Positions 21,293 to 30,467 of a DNA stretch of 64,000 bases are shown here, piece by piece. The stretch covers positions 2,867 to 66,866 of the forward strand of contig JACZJV010000148.1 of assembly GCA_014860355.1 (NCBI GenBank), in the 5' to 3' direction. Both the position numbers and the translations under genes were made by a program. The notes below the pieces were generated by a model, which was not told where the DNA came from, made no database searches, and worked only from the letters and a program-made list of their open reading frames with translations. The stretch is from Burkholderiales bacterium. Lineage in GTDB: Bacteria; Pseudomonadota; Gammaproteobacteria; Burkholderiales; SG8-39. Each line of letters begins with the position of its first letter. Position 1 is the first letter of the stretch.

Positions 21293-22480
21293 TCAGACCG
21301 CCACTTTGCCGGGATGGCGCTGCCACTTGCCCTGTTCCAGTTCGCGCGCGAGGTCGACCAGGCTCGCGATGTTGTGCACCGGCATGAAGGCATCCACGTG
21401 CGGCAGCATCGCGCGCACCCCGGAGGGCCGCGGCTGGAAGCCCTCGTAGCGCAGCAGCGGGTTGAGCCAGACCAGCTTGCGGCAGGACTTGTGCAGGCGC
21501 TCCATCTCGGCGCCCAGGCCGGCGCCGATGTCGCGGTCCAGGCCGTCCGATATCAACAGCACCACCGCGTTCTGGCCGAGCAGGCGCCGCGACCATTTGC
21601 GGTTGAATTCCTCCAGGCATACGCCGATGCGCGTGCCTCCGGCCCAGTCCTGGATCGCCGCAGCCACGCGGTTCATCGCGATATCCACGTCGCGGTTGCG
21701 CAGGTGGCGGGTGATGTTGGTGAGCCTGGTGCCGAACACGAGCGCGTGCACGCGGTCGCGGTCGTTGGTAATGGCGTGCAGGAAATGCAGGAACATGCGC
21801 GAGTAGCGGCTCATCGAGCCCGAGATGTCGCACAGCACCACCAGCGGCGGATGCCGCGTAATGCGCGAGCGGCGCCTGAGCGCGATGATCTGCGCCCCGC
21901 CCCTGAGGCTCGCGCGCAGCGTCGCGCGCAGGTCGATGCCGGCGCCGCGGGCGTCCGGGCGAAAGCGGCGGGTCTGCGCCTGCGGTATGGGCAGGCGCAG
22001 GCGCGCAATCATTTTTTTCGCCTGCGCGAGTTCGGCACCGCTCATGCTTTCGAAGTCGGCGTGCTGCAGCAGTTCGTTCTGCGTGGAAGCAAGGCCGGCG
22101 TCGATGCCTATGGGCTGCTCCGTGCCCTGCGACTCTCCGCGTTTCGGGCGCAGCGCGTCCGCCAGGCGCTGGCTGGTCTCGGTCTGCCCGGCCTGGCCGG
22201 AGGGGCCGGGGGTCTGCGGCAGCAGCAGGCCCAGGGCGCGCTCGAGCAGCTGCGGGTCGCGCCAGAAAATGTGGAAGGCCTGATCGAACAAGTCCTGCTG
22301 CTCGCGCTTGGACAGGAATACTGCGCACAGCGTCCAGTAGAAATCCTCGCGCCGCGCTATGCCCGCGGTCTGCAGCGCCTGCAGCGCATCGATGACCCGG
22401 TCGGGGCCGATGGGCAAACCCGCCGCGCGCAGCACGCGCGCGAAGTGCATTATGTTTTCCGCCAGTTTGCCCGCAGCCAT
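21293..22480 (-). CDS. coxE: VWA-domain protein (CoxE-like)
   Basis: 395 aa. N-terminus NIMHFARVLRAAGLPIGPDRVIDAL. MIDAS-like VVLCDISGSM. The family normally partners a MoxR ATPase. Confidence 0.8.
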   Translation of the reverse strand: MAAGKLAENIMHFARVLRAAGLPIGPDRVIDALQALQTAGIARREDFYWTLCAVFLSKREQQDLFDQAFHIFWRDPQLLERALGLLLPQTPGPSGQAGQTETSQRLADALRPKRGESQGTEQPIGIDAGLASTQNELLQHADFESMSGAELAQAKKMIARLRLPIPQAQTRRFRPDARGAGIDLRATLRASLRGGAQIIALRRRSRITRHPPLVVLCDISGSMSRYSRMFLHFLHAITNDRDRVHALVFGTRLTNITRHLRNRDVDIAMNRVAAAIQDWAGGTRIGVCLEEFNRKWSRRLLGQNAVVLLISDGLDRDIGAGLGAEMERLHKSCRKLVWLNPLLRYEGFQPRPSGVRAMLPHVDAFMPVHNIASLVDLARELEQGKWQRHPGKVAV

Positions 22481-22514
22481 GTGACGAATTACGGCGGCGG
22501 GGCCGCGCCTGCGC

Positions 22515-23834
22515 TCATTCTCCGCGCCCGGCGCGCTGGCGCGCGAGCAGGCTTGCGCGCGCGAGCAGCGACAGTCCCGGCGAGGCTACGACCAGGTGCT
22601 CTTTCGCATAGGCCTCGTGATTGCGCTCGACATCCTTGAGGCGGTAGACGTAATTGACCATCATGCCGGCCGAGCGCGCCATGCCGGTCCCGGAAGTGTC
22701 GGCGAGCCAGTTGAGGCGTTCCATGCGCGCGCCGTTGCCCAGGTGGAAACGCGCTACCGCATCGACCGGTTCCCCGTGGTGTTTGACCTGCTGCAGGTAA
22801 TACGCGCAAAGCCGCATCAATTCGGTGCGAACACGCGCGCCTGGCGCGGCGGCCTCGTACCAGTCTTCCGCGGCCAATGCGTCGATGAGCTCGGCCAGCC
22901 CGGGGTGCGTGGCGGCGGCGTCGGCGAGCCACCTGCGGAATCCCGGTATCGGCGAGAGCGTGGCGAAAGTCTTGAGGCGCGGGAATTCGCGGCCGAGATC
23001 CTCCGCCACCTGCTTGATCAGAAAATTGCCGAAAGAGATGCCGCGTAGCCCCTCCTGGCAGTTGGTGATGGAATAGAAAATGGCCGTGTCCGCGCTGCCG
23101 GCATCGACTACCGGCGAGCCCGGGTCGAGCAGGGGTTGCACCTGGCCGCTCACGCCCTTGGTCAGCGCGACCTCTATGAAAATAATGGGTTCGTCGGGCA
23201 GGGCGGGGTGGAAAAAAGCGTAGCAGCGGCGGTCGGACTCGAGCCGGCGGCGCAGGTCCTTCCAACCCTGGATCTCGTGCACCGCTTCGTACTGCATGAG
23301 CTTTTCCAGCACCAGCGCCGGCGTGCGCCAGTCGATGCGCTGCAGCGACAGGAATCCGCGGTTGAACCAGGAGCCGAGCAGGTGGGCCAGATCGGCGTCG
23401 ATGCCCGCCCATTGCGGCTGCTCGCGCAGTTCGCGCAACACACGCCGGCGCATTTCGACCAGCGCGGCCGTTCCGCCCGTGGCCTGGTTGAGTCGGCGGA
23501 ACAACTCCTGGCGCGGCGCTTCGATCCCGTGCTGCAGGCGGATCAGATTCGCCTGCGAGGGGTCCTGCCGGTAGGCGCGGGCCGCATCCTCGACGGCGTC
23601 GGGCTCGGGCGAGAATTCCTGCGCGAGGACATCGAAAAACGCCCTCAGCGCCGGGCCCGCGAGCAGGCCGTAGGCCTGGAGCGCCTCACGCGCGAGCGCG
23701 GCGCCGGAGGCCTCGCCGCGTTCGGACAGCAGGGCATGGCACAGGGCCACGGTCTTGCGCGTGTGCCGGTCCGCCTTGCTGTCCGTTGCGGCGGCAGCGC
23801 GGAACAATCGCTTGATGAACGCGGGAGATTCCAT
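22515..23834 (-). CDS. Malonyl-CoA decarboxylase family protein
   Basis: 439 aa. FYSITNCQEGLRGISFGNFLIKQV, FATLSPIPGF and VARFHLGNGA are signature stretches of the MCD family. Confidence 0.85.
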   Translation of the reverse strand: MESPAFIKRLFRAAAATDSKADRHTRKTVALCHALLSERGEASGAALAREALQAYGLLAGPALRAFFDVLAQEFSPEPDAVEDAARAYRQDPSQANLIRLQHGIEAPRQELFRRLNQATGGTAALVEMRRRVLRELREQPQWAGIDADLAHLLGSWFNRGFLSLQRIDWRTPALVLEKLMQYEAVHEIQGWKDLRRRLESDRRCYAFFHPALPDEPIIFIEVALTKGVSGQVQPLLDPGSPVVDAGSADTAIFYSITNCQEGLRGISFGNFLIKQVAEDLGREFPRLKTFATLSPIPGFRRWLADAAATHPGLAELIDALAAEDWYEAAAPGARVRTELMRLCAYYLQQVKHHGEPVDAVARFHLGNGARMERLNWLADTSGTGMARSAGMMVNYVYRLKDVERNHEAYAKEHLVVASPGLSLLARASLLARQRAGRGE

Positions 23835-23855
23835 GACTTTGCGCGCGGCTCCGGC

Positions 23856-24788
23856 TCAGGCGGTCGCCACCTCGGCTTTGACTTCGGACAGCAGGCGCTC
23901 GGCCTCGCTCCCGCGCACGCGGCCGATATCGTCCTGGTACTTGAGCAGGGCGCCGAGGGTGTCGTTGACCGTGTCCGCATCGAGGGCCAGCTTGTCCAGT
24001 GCCATCAGCGCATTGGTCCAGTCTATGGTTTCGGCGACGCCGGGCAGCTTGAACAAATCCTTCTTGCGCAGCCGCTGCACGAACGCGACGATCTCCCGCG
24101 ACAGGCGTTCGGCCGCGCCGGGCACCTTGCGCCGCAGGATGTCCAGCTCGCGCGCCGCATCCGGATAATCCACCCAGTGATACAGGCAGCGGCGCTTGAC
24201 CGCATCGTGGATTTCGCGCGTGCGGTTGGAGGTGATGATCACGATGGGCGGCTTGACCGCCTTGATCGTGCCCAGCTCCGGAATGCTCACCTGGTAGTCG
24301 GACAACACTTCCAGCAGATAGGCCTCGAACGGCTCGTCGGTACGGTCGAGCTCGTCGATCAGCAGTACCGGGGCCGCGCCCTCGCTCGCTTCGAGTGCCT
24401 GCAGCAAGGGCCGCTTGATCAGGAATTGTTCGGAAAAGATATCCTGGCTGAGTTTCCTGCGCTCGGCCTGGCTCGAGGCCTGGTGCACTTTTGCGCTGGC
24501 CTCGGCGAGGCGGATTTCTATCATCTGCCGCGGGTAGTTCCATTCATACACGGCAGAGGAGATGTCCAGTCCTTCGTAGCACTGCAGCCGCACCAGTCGG
24601 CGCTCTAGGGTGCTCGCGAGCACCTTGGCGATTTCGGTCTTGCCCACGCCCGCTTCGCCTTCGAGAAACAGCGGACGTTCCATCTTCAAGGCAAGGAACA
24701 GGGCGGTGGCGAGGCTGCGCTCGGCCACGTAGTCGGCGCGTGCCAGCAGCGCGGCGGTTTCGTCGATCGACTTCGGCAGTTTGACCAT
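23856..24788 (-). CDS. coxD: MoxR-family AAA+ ATPase (CoxD-like)
   Basis: 310 aa. Walker A GEAGVGKT, Walker B LLIDELD, and the short single-AAA layout typical of MoxR. Confidence 0.85.
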   Translation of the reverse strand: MVKLPKSIDETAALLARADYVAERSLATALFLALKMERPLFLEGEAGVGKTEIAKVLASTLERRLVRLQCYEGLDISSAVYEWNYPRQMIEIRLAEASAKVHQASSQAERRKLSQDIFSEQFLIKRPLLQALEASEGAAPVLLIDELDRTDEPFEAYLLEVLSDYQVSIPELGTIKAVKPPIVIITSNRTREIHDAVKRRCLYHWVDYPDAARELDILRRKVPGAAERLSREIVAFVQRLRKKDLFKLPGVAETIDWTNALMALDKLALDADTVNDTLGALLKYQDDIGRVRGSEAERLLSEVKAEVATA

Positions 24789-25046
24789 GTCTCTGGGTGC
24801 GCAGGACGTTTCGGTACGGATCGGCAGGATTTTATACCATAGGACATCCCGCGTTCATCGCCATTTTGGCGCGCCCGTACCATTGCTGCGCGGCGAATTC
24901 CCCGGTTTATGCAGTACACCGCGCATTGAACTGCGGCCCCAAGCGGCGTATTCTGGCGACTACAGCGCGCGGGGCGCGCCGGCGCCGAAACCGAAGCGGA
25001 GGCGGCGCTCGATTTACTTATCGTTTATTCACGCGGAGAACCCCAG

Positions 25047-25760
25047 ATGGACAACGACATCCCCGGCTACGAAACCCCGGGCTGCGCCTATTGCCCGAGC
25101 ACGGTGCGCGCATGCCGTCAGGGGGAGGGCGAGGCACGCGGTCCGGCATACTGCCCGTCGAAGGTGGATCCCGAGGGCGTCGCCGCCGCGTGGGAGCCGT
25201 ATCTGGATCCGTACACCCAGCGTATCGCGCACACCGCGGCGGTGGTCGAGAGCGAAGGCTACTGCAAGTGGACGCGGGTGGAGGAAATCTGCCAGTTTGC
25301 GAAGAAAATGGGATTCACCAAGGTGGGCATCGCCATGTGCATCAGCTTTGTCGATCTTGCCCGCGTGTTCAGCGCCATACTCGAGAGCCACGGCCTGGAG
25401 GTGAGCTCGGTGGCCTGCAAGAACGGCGGCGTGCCGAAGGAGGACATAGGCCTCGCGGATGCCGAGAAAATCCGTCCGGGAAACTTCGAGCCCATGTGCA
25501 ACCCGGTGTCTCAGGCGGAACTGCTCAACCGCGCGGGCTGCGAGCTGAACGTCATAATGGGACTGTGCGTGGGGCATGACAGCCTGTTCATCCGCCAGTC
25601 CCAGGGGCTGGTCACCACCCTGGTGACCAAGGACCGGGTGCTCGCGCACAATCCGGTAGGCGCATTGCAGCTGGCCGATACCTACTACAGCCGCGTCTGG
25701 GGTCCGCACAAGCCGGCCAAGCTGCCGAGCAAGCCGGCGCGGCGAAAAAGCAAGGTTTAA
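25047..25760 (+). CDS. DUF1847-family Cys-rich metal-binding protein
   Basis: 237 aa. N-terminal Cys cluster (CAYCPSTVRAC...YCPSK). The later MGLCVGHDSLF motif is characteristic of DUF1847. Confidence 0.65.
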   Translation: MDNDIPGYETPGCAYCPSTVRACRQGEGEARGPAYCPSKVDPEGVAAAWEPYLDPYTQRIAHTAAVVESEGYCKWTRVEEICQFAKKMGFTKVGIAMCISFVDLARVFSAILESHGLEVSSVACKNGGVPKEDIGLADAEKIRPGNFEPMCNPVSQAELLNRAGCELNVIMGLCVGHDSLFIRQSQGLVTTLVTKDRVLAHNPVGALQLADTYYSRVWGPHKPAKLPSKPARRKSKV

Positions 25761-25866
25761 CTCCGAAATATCCCTGAACGGTTGTTCTTGAGACGGGAGG
25801 TCGAAGAATCCGCGTCCATATACGTGTCGGGGTAAGCAAAGAGCGGATTTGCGCGCTGCGCGCGCC

Positions 25867-25917
25867 AACCGTGTTCTCCAAACGGATGAATAGCGCATCC
25901 GTTTGGAGAACACGGTT
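25867..25917. repeat. Perfect 22-bp stem / 7-nt loop hairpin (hairpin 1)
   Basis: AACCGTGTTCTCCAAACGGATG-AATAGCG-CATCCGTTTGGAGAACACGGTT, read directly. Lies between the convergent DUF1847 and STK genes. Confidence 0.9.
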
Positions 25918-25954
25918 CCGGTTAACACCAAACCGGGATTGGGGTTTGATACAA

Positions 25955-26005
25955 GATCGTTGATTGCGCACGGATGCGCTTTTCATCCGTGCGCAATCAA
26001 CGATC
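25955..26005. repeat. Perfect 22-bp stem / 7-nt loop hairpin (hairpin 2) with the same apical module inverted
   Basis: GATCGTTGATTGCGCACGGATG-CGCTTTT-CATCCGTGCGCAATCAACGATC. The reverse complement of the apical 21 nt (ACGGATGAAAAGCGCATCCGT) matches hairpin 1 (ACGGATGAATAGCGCATCCGT) at 20 of 21 positions. Confidence 0.9.
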
Positions 26006-26006
26006 C

Positions 26007-26030
26007 GCGCGGACGGGACGCCGTCCGCGC
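26007..26030. repeat. GC-rich 10-bp stem / 4-nt loop hairpin abutting hairpin 2
   Basis: GCGCGGACGG-GACG-CCGTCCGCGC, read directly. Confidence 0.8.
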
Positions 26031-26108
26031 AAGCGTGCACGAGTTTTCGCCCGCGCAACATCGTGTCTGTGCAATAGGGCGGGGCGCGGTTCGAGCCGTC
26101 ACATATCG

Positions 26109-28013
26109 CTACTGCTTCCTGCCCGCACCGAACCAGCGGCCGCGCAGTTGTGCAAGGCTGGCGAGTATCGTCTTGCCGACCGAGGAGTCGCGCACCTCGG
26201 CCGACTCCTGTACCCGATGCTGCTGCAATAGTTGCGGCGTTTGCCGGAACTCGAGATAGCGCAGCAGCGCCGACTCGACGTGCTGCTTGAGCTGTTTTAC
26301 GTTCACCGGCTTGTTGAGGAAGCGGAAGATCTGCGCCTCGTTGATGAGGCGGATCACCAGATTGGCGTCCGAAGCGTCGGTAATCACGATGCTCAGGATC
26401 TGCGGATTCACCTGCTTCATCAGCTTCAGCATCCCGGTGAGGTCCTCGCTGCCGGCCTCGACATCAGCCACCACCAGCGCAACCTCCTGCGCCTGCATCG
26501 CACTGAGCGCGGAATCGACTCCGTTCGCGTATAGGACCGGGCAGCGGCCGCCGACCAGTTCCTTGGTGAAGCGGAAGATTTCCTGGTCATTGCCGATCAC
26601 CAATACGCCCGCGTCCATATTCTGCGGCAGATCCACCGCAGCGGATTTGGCCTCGGCAAGCTCGAGCCCGATAGTCACCGCTTCGGCCACGGTTTGCTGC
26701 AGTTCCTCGTTGTTCCAGGGTTTGCTGACGAAGCGGTAGACCTGGCCGTCGTTGACCGAGCCGACGATGGACGCGAGGTCGGAGTAGCCGGTGAGCAGGA
26801 TGCGCACGCTGGCAGGCGAAATCTCGCTCGCCCGGCGCAGCAGTTCGGCGCCGGGCATGATCGGCATGCGCTGGTCGCTGACGACCACGTGCATGTGGTA
26901 TTTCTTCATGAATTCGAGCGCCTTGTTGCCGTCCGTGGTGGCGAACACGTGGTAGCGCGCGCGGAACATCGATTTCAGCGCCGACAGAATCCGCTCTTCG
27001 TCGTCCACCACCAGCATGCGCGCCTTGCGCACGCTGCTGTCGAGGCTGACCGCGCTGGCGGCGGCCTCCGCGGGGGCATTCGTCTCCCGCGATGCCGCCG
27101 GTGCCCCGGCGTTGCTCCTGATCAGCTGCGCGGCATTGAGCAGGCCAGCTCCCAGAGGCCTGATGACAGTCGGCGGCGGCTCCTGCGCGAGGCTGTCCTC
27201 TATTGAAAGTTGGAACGCCACGGCGAATTCGCGCGCGCTCTGGTACCGGTCTTCGGGCTTCTTCGACAGCGCCCGCTGCAATACCTGGTCCACCAGCGGC
27301 GTCAGCGCGGGATTGAGTGTGGAGGGGTCCGTGGCGCGCTGGTTAAGCGCTTGCTGCATCACGACCGCGGGGGTGCCCACGAACGGTTTGGCGCCCGTCA
27401 GCAGGTTGTAGGCGATCACGCCGACCGCGTACAGGTCGGCGGGTATGCCGATGGGCAGACCGAGAAACTGTTCCGGCGCCATGTAGTGCGGCGTGCCCAG
27501 CACGTCGCCGTGCTGCGTCAGATCCGAGGCTTCGGTATGCGCAATGCCGAAGTCGCTGATCTTGATCTGGCCGTCGCTGTTCAGCATGATGTTGGCCGGC
27601 TTCATGTCCCGGTGCACCACGCCCGCCGCGTGCGCGTGACCCAGCCCGTCTAGCACCTGGTGGATGATTTCGCCGATTTCGCGCAGGTCGTAATTCGCGT
27701 GCTGCTGCAGGTGCTGGTGCAGGGTCTTGCCGTGTACCAGCTCCATCACGATGTAGGCATGCTCCTCATCCTCGCCGTAGTCGTAGATCTGCACGATGCG
27801 CGGATGGGCAAGCCGGCCCACCGCCTGCGCTTCATGGCGGAAGCGCGCAAGAAGATGCTGCAGTTCGTCGTCGTGGAGCGAGGACTTGGCGATCGTCTTG
27901 ACCGCGACCGCGCGCGAGATCGCCGGGTCGAAACCCTTGTAGACCGCGCCCATGGCGCCGCGCCCGAGCACGCCCTGAATCTCGTATTTGCCAATTTTGT
28001 GCGGATGCGTCAC
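26109..28013 (-). CDS. Hanks-type Ser/Thr protein kinase fused to two C-terminal receiver (REC) domains
   Basis: 634 aa. Kinase motifs GRGAMGAVYKG, VAVK, HRDMKPANIM, DFG, GTPHYMAPE. REC1 (aa ~331-448) has VVDDEE, VVVSDQRMP, LLTGY, SKPW. REC2 (aa ~468-585) has VIGNDQE, VVADVEAG, VITDAS, NKPV. The GTG start lies 6 nt after the HK stop. Confidence 0.85.
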   Translation of the reverse strand: MTHPHKIGKYEIQGVLGRGAMGAVYKGFDPAISRAVAVKTIAKSSLHDDELQHLLARFRHEAQAVGRLAHPRIVQIYDYGEDEEHAYIVMELVHGKTLHQHLQQHANYDLREIGEIIHQVLDGLGHAHAAGVVHRDMKPANIMLNSDGQIKISDFGIAHTEASDLTQHGDVLGTPHYMAPEQFLGLPIGIPADLYAVGVIAYNLLTGAKPFVGTPAVVMQQALNQRATDPSTLNPALTPLVDQVLQRALSKKPEDRYQSAREFAVAFQLSIEDSLAQEPPPTVIRPLGAGLLNAAQLIRSNAGAPAASRETNAPAEAAASAVSLDSSVRKARMLVVDDEERILSALKSMFRARYHVFATTDGNKALEFMKKYHMHVVVSDQRMPIMPGAELLRRASEISPASVRILLTGYSDLASIVGSVNDGQVYRFVSKPWNNEELQQTVAEAVTIGLELAEAKSAAVDLPQNMDAGVLVIGNDQEIFRFTKELVGGRCPVLYANGVDSALSAMQAQEVALVVADVEAGSEDLTGMLKLMKQVNPQILSIVITDASDANLVIRLINEAQIFRFLNKPVNVKQLKQHVESALLRYLEFRQTPQLLQQHRVQESAEVRDSSVGKTILASLAQLRGRWFGAGRKQ

Positions 28014-28019
28014 GAAGTA

Positions 28020-29774
28020 TCAGACCAGTGGTTCGGTTTCCGCCGGAGGCTTGAGCGGCAGCCACACGGTGAACCTGGTGCTTTTGCCGACTTCGGAGGC
28101 GACATCGATGCGGCCGCCGTGCTGCTTCACGATCTTATAGGAAATCGACAGTCCGAGACCGGTGCCTTTGCCGGCTTCCTTGGTGGTGAAAAAGGGATCG
28201 AAAATCTTCGGCAGGATCTCGGGGTCTATCCCTTTGCCGTTGTCCGCGATCTCGACCGCGACGCCCTCGCCGTCGGCGCGGCTGGTGAGCGTGATTTCGC
28301 CGTTTGTCGGCGCCAGCGCCTGCGCCGCATTGGTGATCAGGTTCAGAAATACCTGGTTGATCTGCGACGGCGCGCAAACGATCTCCGGTATCTCGCCGAA
28401 GCGCCTGCTCACATTGATCGACCTGAGCATGTGACGCGCCAGTCCGAGCGAGCTCGCAAGGCCGTCGTTGAGGTTGAAGCTGGTCACCTTGCTGCGATCG
28501 AGGCGGCTGAAATCCTTGAGATTGCCGACGATCTCGGCCATCTCGCCGGTGCCGAAGAGCCCGTCCTTGACCAGCCCGGTGAGCTCGGTCAGCACGCGCC
28601 GCTGTTTGAGCCTGCCCAGCAGCGCAGTGGTGCGCGAATACTGCCGGTTCAACGCATCGGGGTCGACCTTGCCCGCGCCGAGCAGCGCCAGCAGCCGCTC
28701 GCAATCCATGATCGTGGCATTGATCTGCGGCAGGCGGTCGTCGACGATGCTCAGGCTGTTCTGCACGTAGGCGAGCGGCGTATTGATCTCATGGGCGACG
28801 CCGGCGACCATCTGACCCAGCGAGGACATTTTCTCCGACTGGATCAGCTGCGCCTCGGATTCCTTCAGGTGGCGCAGCGCCTCCGACAGCTCGCGCGTGC
28901 GTTCGATCACGCGCTGCTCCAGGCTCTCGTTCGCCGCCTTGAGCCGCACGCCCAGATAGCCGACGCCGATCAGGAGCGCCGCGGCGTACGCCAGCAGGTA
29001 CACGCGAAACAGTTCCTTTTCCTGCATCGTCGCCTCTAGTTCGCGGTTGAACGAAAAGCTCATCTTGTCCAGGCGCGGGCCGGAGGAGAGCGCCGCGACC
29101 TTGGCGTACAGTTCCTGCTCCGCCGGTTTGTGCTTGAGCAGCGCCTGCACCGCGCCCTCGATTGCGTTCGCCTGTTCGCGTTCGGGCTCACCGGCCGCCA
29201 GTTCGCGTACGGCGCCCGCGGCCACTGCCAGGTTCACGGGCGCGGCCGTTCTGCCCAGCCAGTAATACTGCAGCGCCGCCGCCGCGAGCTCGCGCGCCGC
29301 CTGCTCGAGCCCCCTTTGCCGCGGGTCGCCGCTATGCGGCGCGCCTGCCTGGCCGCCGAGCGCAGCCGCAGCCGAGAGCGCCGCTTGCAGCGCGATCTTG
29401 GTGCTCGCGCTCTCGCTCTTGTGCTTTTCCACGAGGACGGCCTTTTCCAGCACTGCCTTGCTGAGTTCGGCCAGACCCTCCCGCAAGGCAGCGCTGTCGG
29501 CTTGCGGCGCGATGGCGCCCAGGCTGGCCAGCGCCTTTCTCGCCGTTGCCGTGCGATCGGGCGCCGCCAGCAGGTTCGGGTCCAGCTCGCTGCGCTCGCG
29601 CAGAACGTCTATATCCCAGCGTGCGTCGATGTCGCGCAGGGTGTCGAGCAGCGCGGCTATGTCGTTGCGTACTCGCAGGTCGACCGCTTGCGTCTTGTCG
29701 TAAAGAAAGGCCAGCGTGGCGATCAGTGCGCCGGCGACGATCGCGGCCAGCAAATGGCGGAGCTTATTCATCAT
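28020..29774 (-). CDS. Membrane sensor histidine kinase (two TM helices flanking a ~230-aa helical extracytoplasmic domain; HisKA plus HATPase_c)
   Basis: 584 aa. H-box [12 protein letters not shown]-box [15 protein letters not shown], and G-boxes [11 protein letters not shown] helices near aa 10-30 and 255-280. Confidence 0.85.
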   Translation of the reverse strand: MMNKLRHLLAAIVAGALIATLAFLYDKTQAVDLRVRNDIAALLDTLRDIDARWDIDVLRERSELDPNLLAAPDRTATARKALASLGAIAPQADSAALREGLAELSKAVLEKAVLVEKHKSESASTKIALQAALSAAAALGGQAGAPHSGDPRQRGLEQAARELAAAALQYYWLGRTAAPVNLAVAAGAVRELAAGEPEREQANAIEGAVQALLKHKPAEQELYAKVAALSSGPRLDKMSFSFNRELEATMQEKELFRVYLLAYAAALLIGVGYLGVRLKAANESLEQRVIERTRELSEALRHLKESEAQLIQSEKMSSLGQMVAGVAHEINTPLAYVQNSLSIVDDRLPQINATIMDCERLLALLGAGKVDPDALNRQYSRTTALLGRLKQRRVLTELTGLVKDGLFGTGEMAEIVGNLKDFSRLDRSKVTSFNLNDGLASSLGLARHMLRSINVSRRFGEIPEIVCAPSQINQVFLNLITNAAQALAPTNGEITLTSRADGEGVAVEIADNGKGIDPEILPKIFDPFFTTKEAGKGTGLGLSISYKIVKQHGGRIDVASEVGKSTRFTVWLPLKPPAETEPLV

Positions 29775-29874
29775 GGCCTATAAAGTGTGCGACCTGCGCA
29801 TTCGCCGGGCGGGCCCGGGCAGGGCTGAGTCCTTGTGCCGGCGCGCGCAACGATTTCGCCGAGCGCCGATTGCG

Positions 29875-30465
29875 CTAGGCGCCGTAGTGCTGCAACCGTT
29901 CAATATAGCGCGCGATCAGGTCCACCTCGAGGTTGACACGGCTGCCGGCTGCGAGCCTGTTCAGGTTGGTCACCGCCATGGTGTGCGGGATCAGGTTGAT
30001 TTCAAAGTCGGTGCCATCCACGCGGTTGACCGTGAGGCTGACGCCGTTTACGGTGATCGAGCCCTTGCGCGCGATGTACTTGGCCAGCTCCTGCGGTGCG
30101 CGTATGGCGAGCAGGAAGCTCTCACCCGCGGCCTCGAAGCGCGCAACCTCGCCCACGCCGTCGACATGGCCGGACATCAGGTGGCCGCCCAGGCGGTCGG
30201 AGAGGCGCAGCGATTTCTCCAGATTCACTTCGTTGGGCCCGTCCAGCCCGACGGTGCAGTTGATGGTCTCCTGCGACACGTCCACTTCGAATCGGTCATC
30301 GTGCAAGGCGATGACGGTGAGGCAAACGCCGTTTACGGCGATGCTGTCGCCCACGCTCACGTCCGAAAGATCGAGCATGCCCGCGTCTATGGCCAGACGC
30401 AGTCCCTGATCGCGCGGCGCGGCCCTGGTGATTTTTCCGATGGAGGTGACGATGCCGGTAAACAT
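29875..30465 (-). CDS. ribE: Riboflavin synthase
   Basis: 196 aa. MFTGIVTSIGKI start and a duplicated lumazine-binding repeat (GDSIAVNGVCLTV / GSITVNGVSLTV). Confidence 0.92.
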   Translation of the reverse strand: MFTGIVTSIGKITRAAPRDQGLRLAIDAGMLDLSDVSVGDSIAVNGVCLTVIALHDDRFEVDVSQETINCTVGLDGPNEVNLEKSLRLSDRLGGHLMSGHVDGVGEVARFEAAGESFLLAIRAPQELAKYIARKGSITVNGVSLTVNRVDGTDFEINLIPHTMAVTNLNRLAAGSRVNLEVDLIARYIERLQHYGA

Positions 30466-30467
30466 GG

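Noticed and set aside
21002-24608. Long plus-strand ORFs 21002..22639 and 23136..24608; likewise 27660..29039, 10406..11818, 33815..34921, 41494..42513, 45227..46576, 56767..57957 and 57306..58370
   Set aside because: All are antisense or out of frame relative to genes with strong family motifs. This is the usual long-ORF artefact of high GC content.
25867-26030. Possible CRISPR array
   Set aside because: There are only two related palindromic units with different stems. There is no regular repeat-spacer periodicity and no cas genes in the window.
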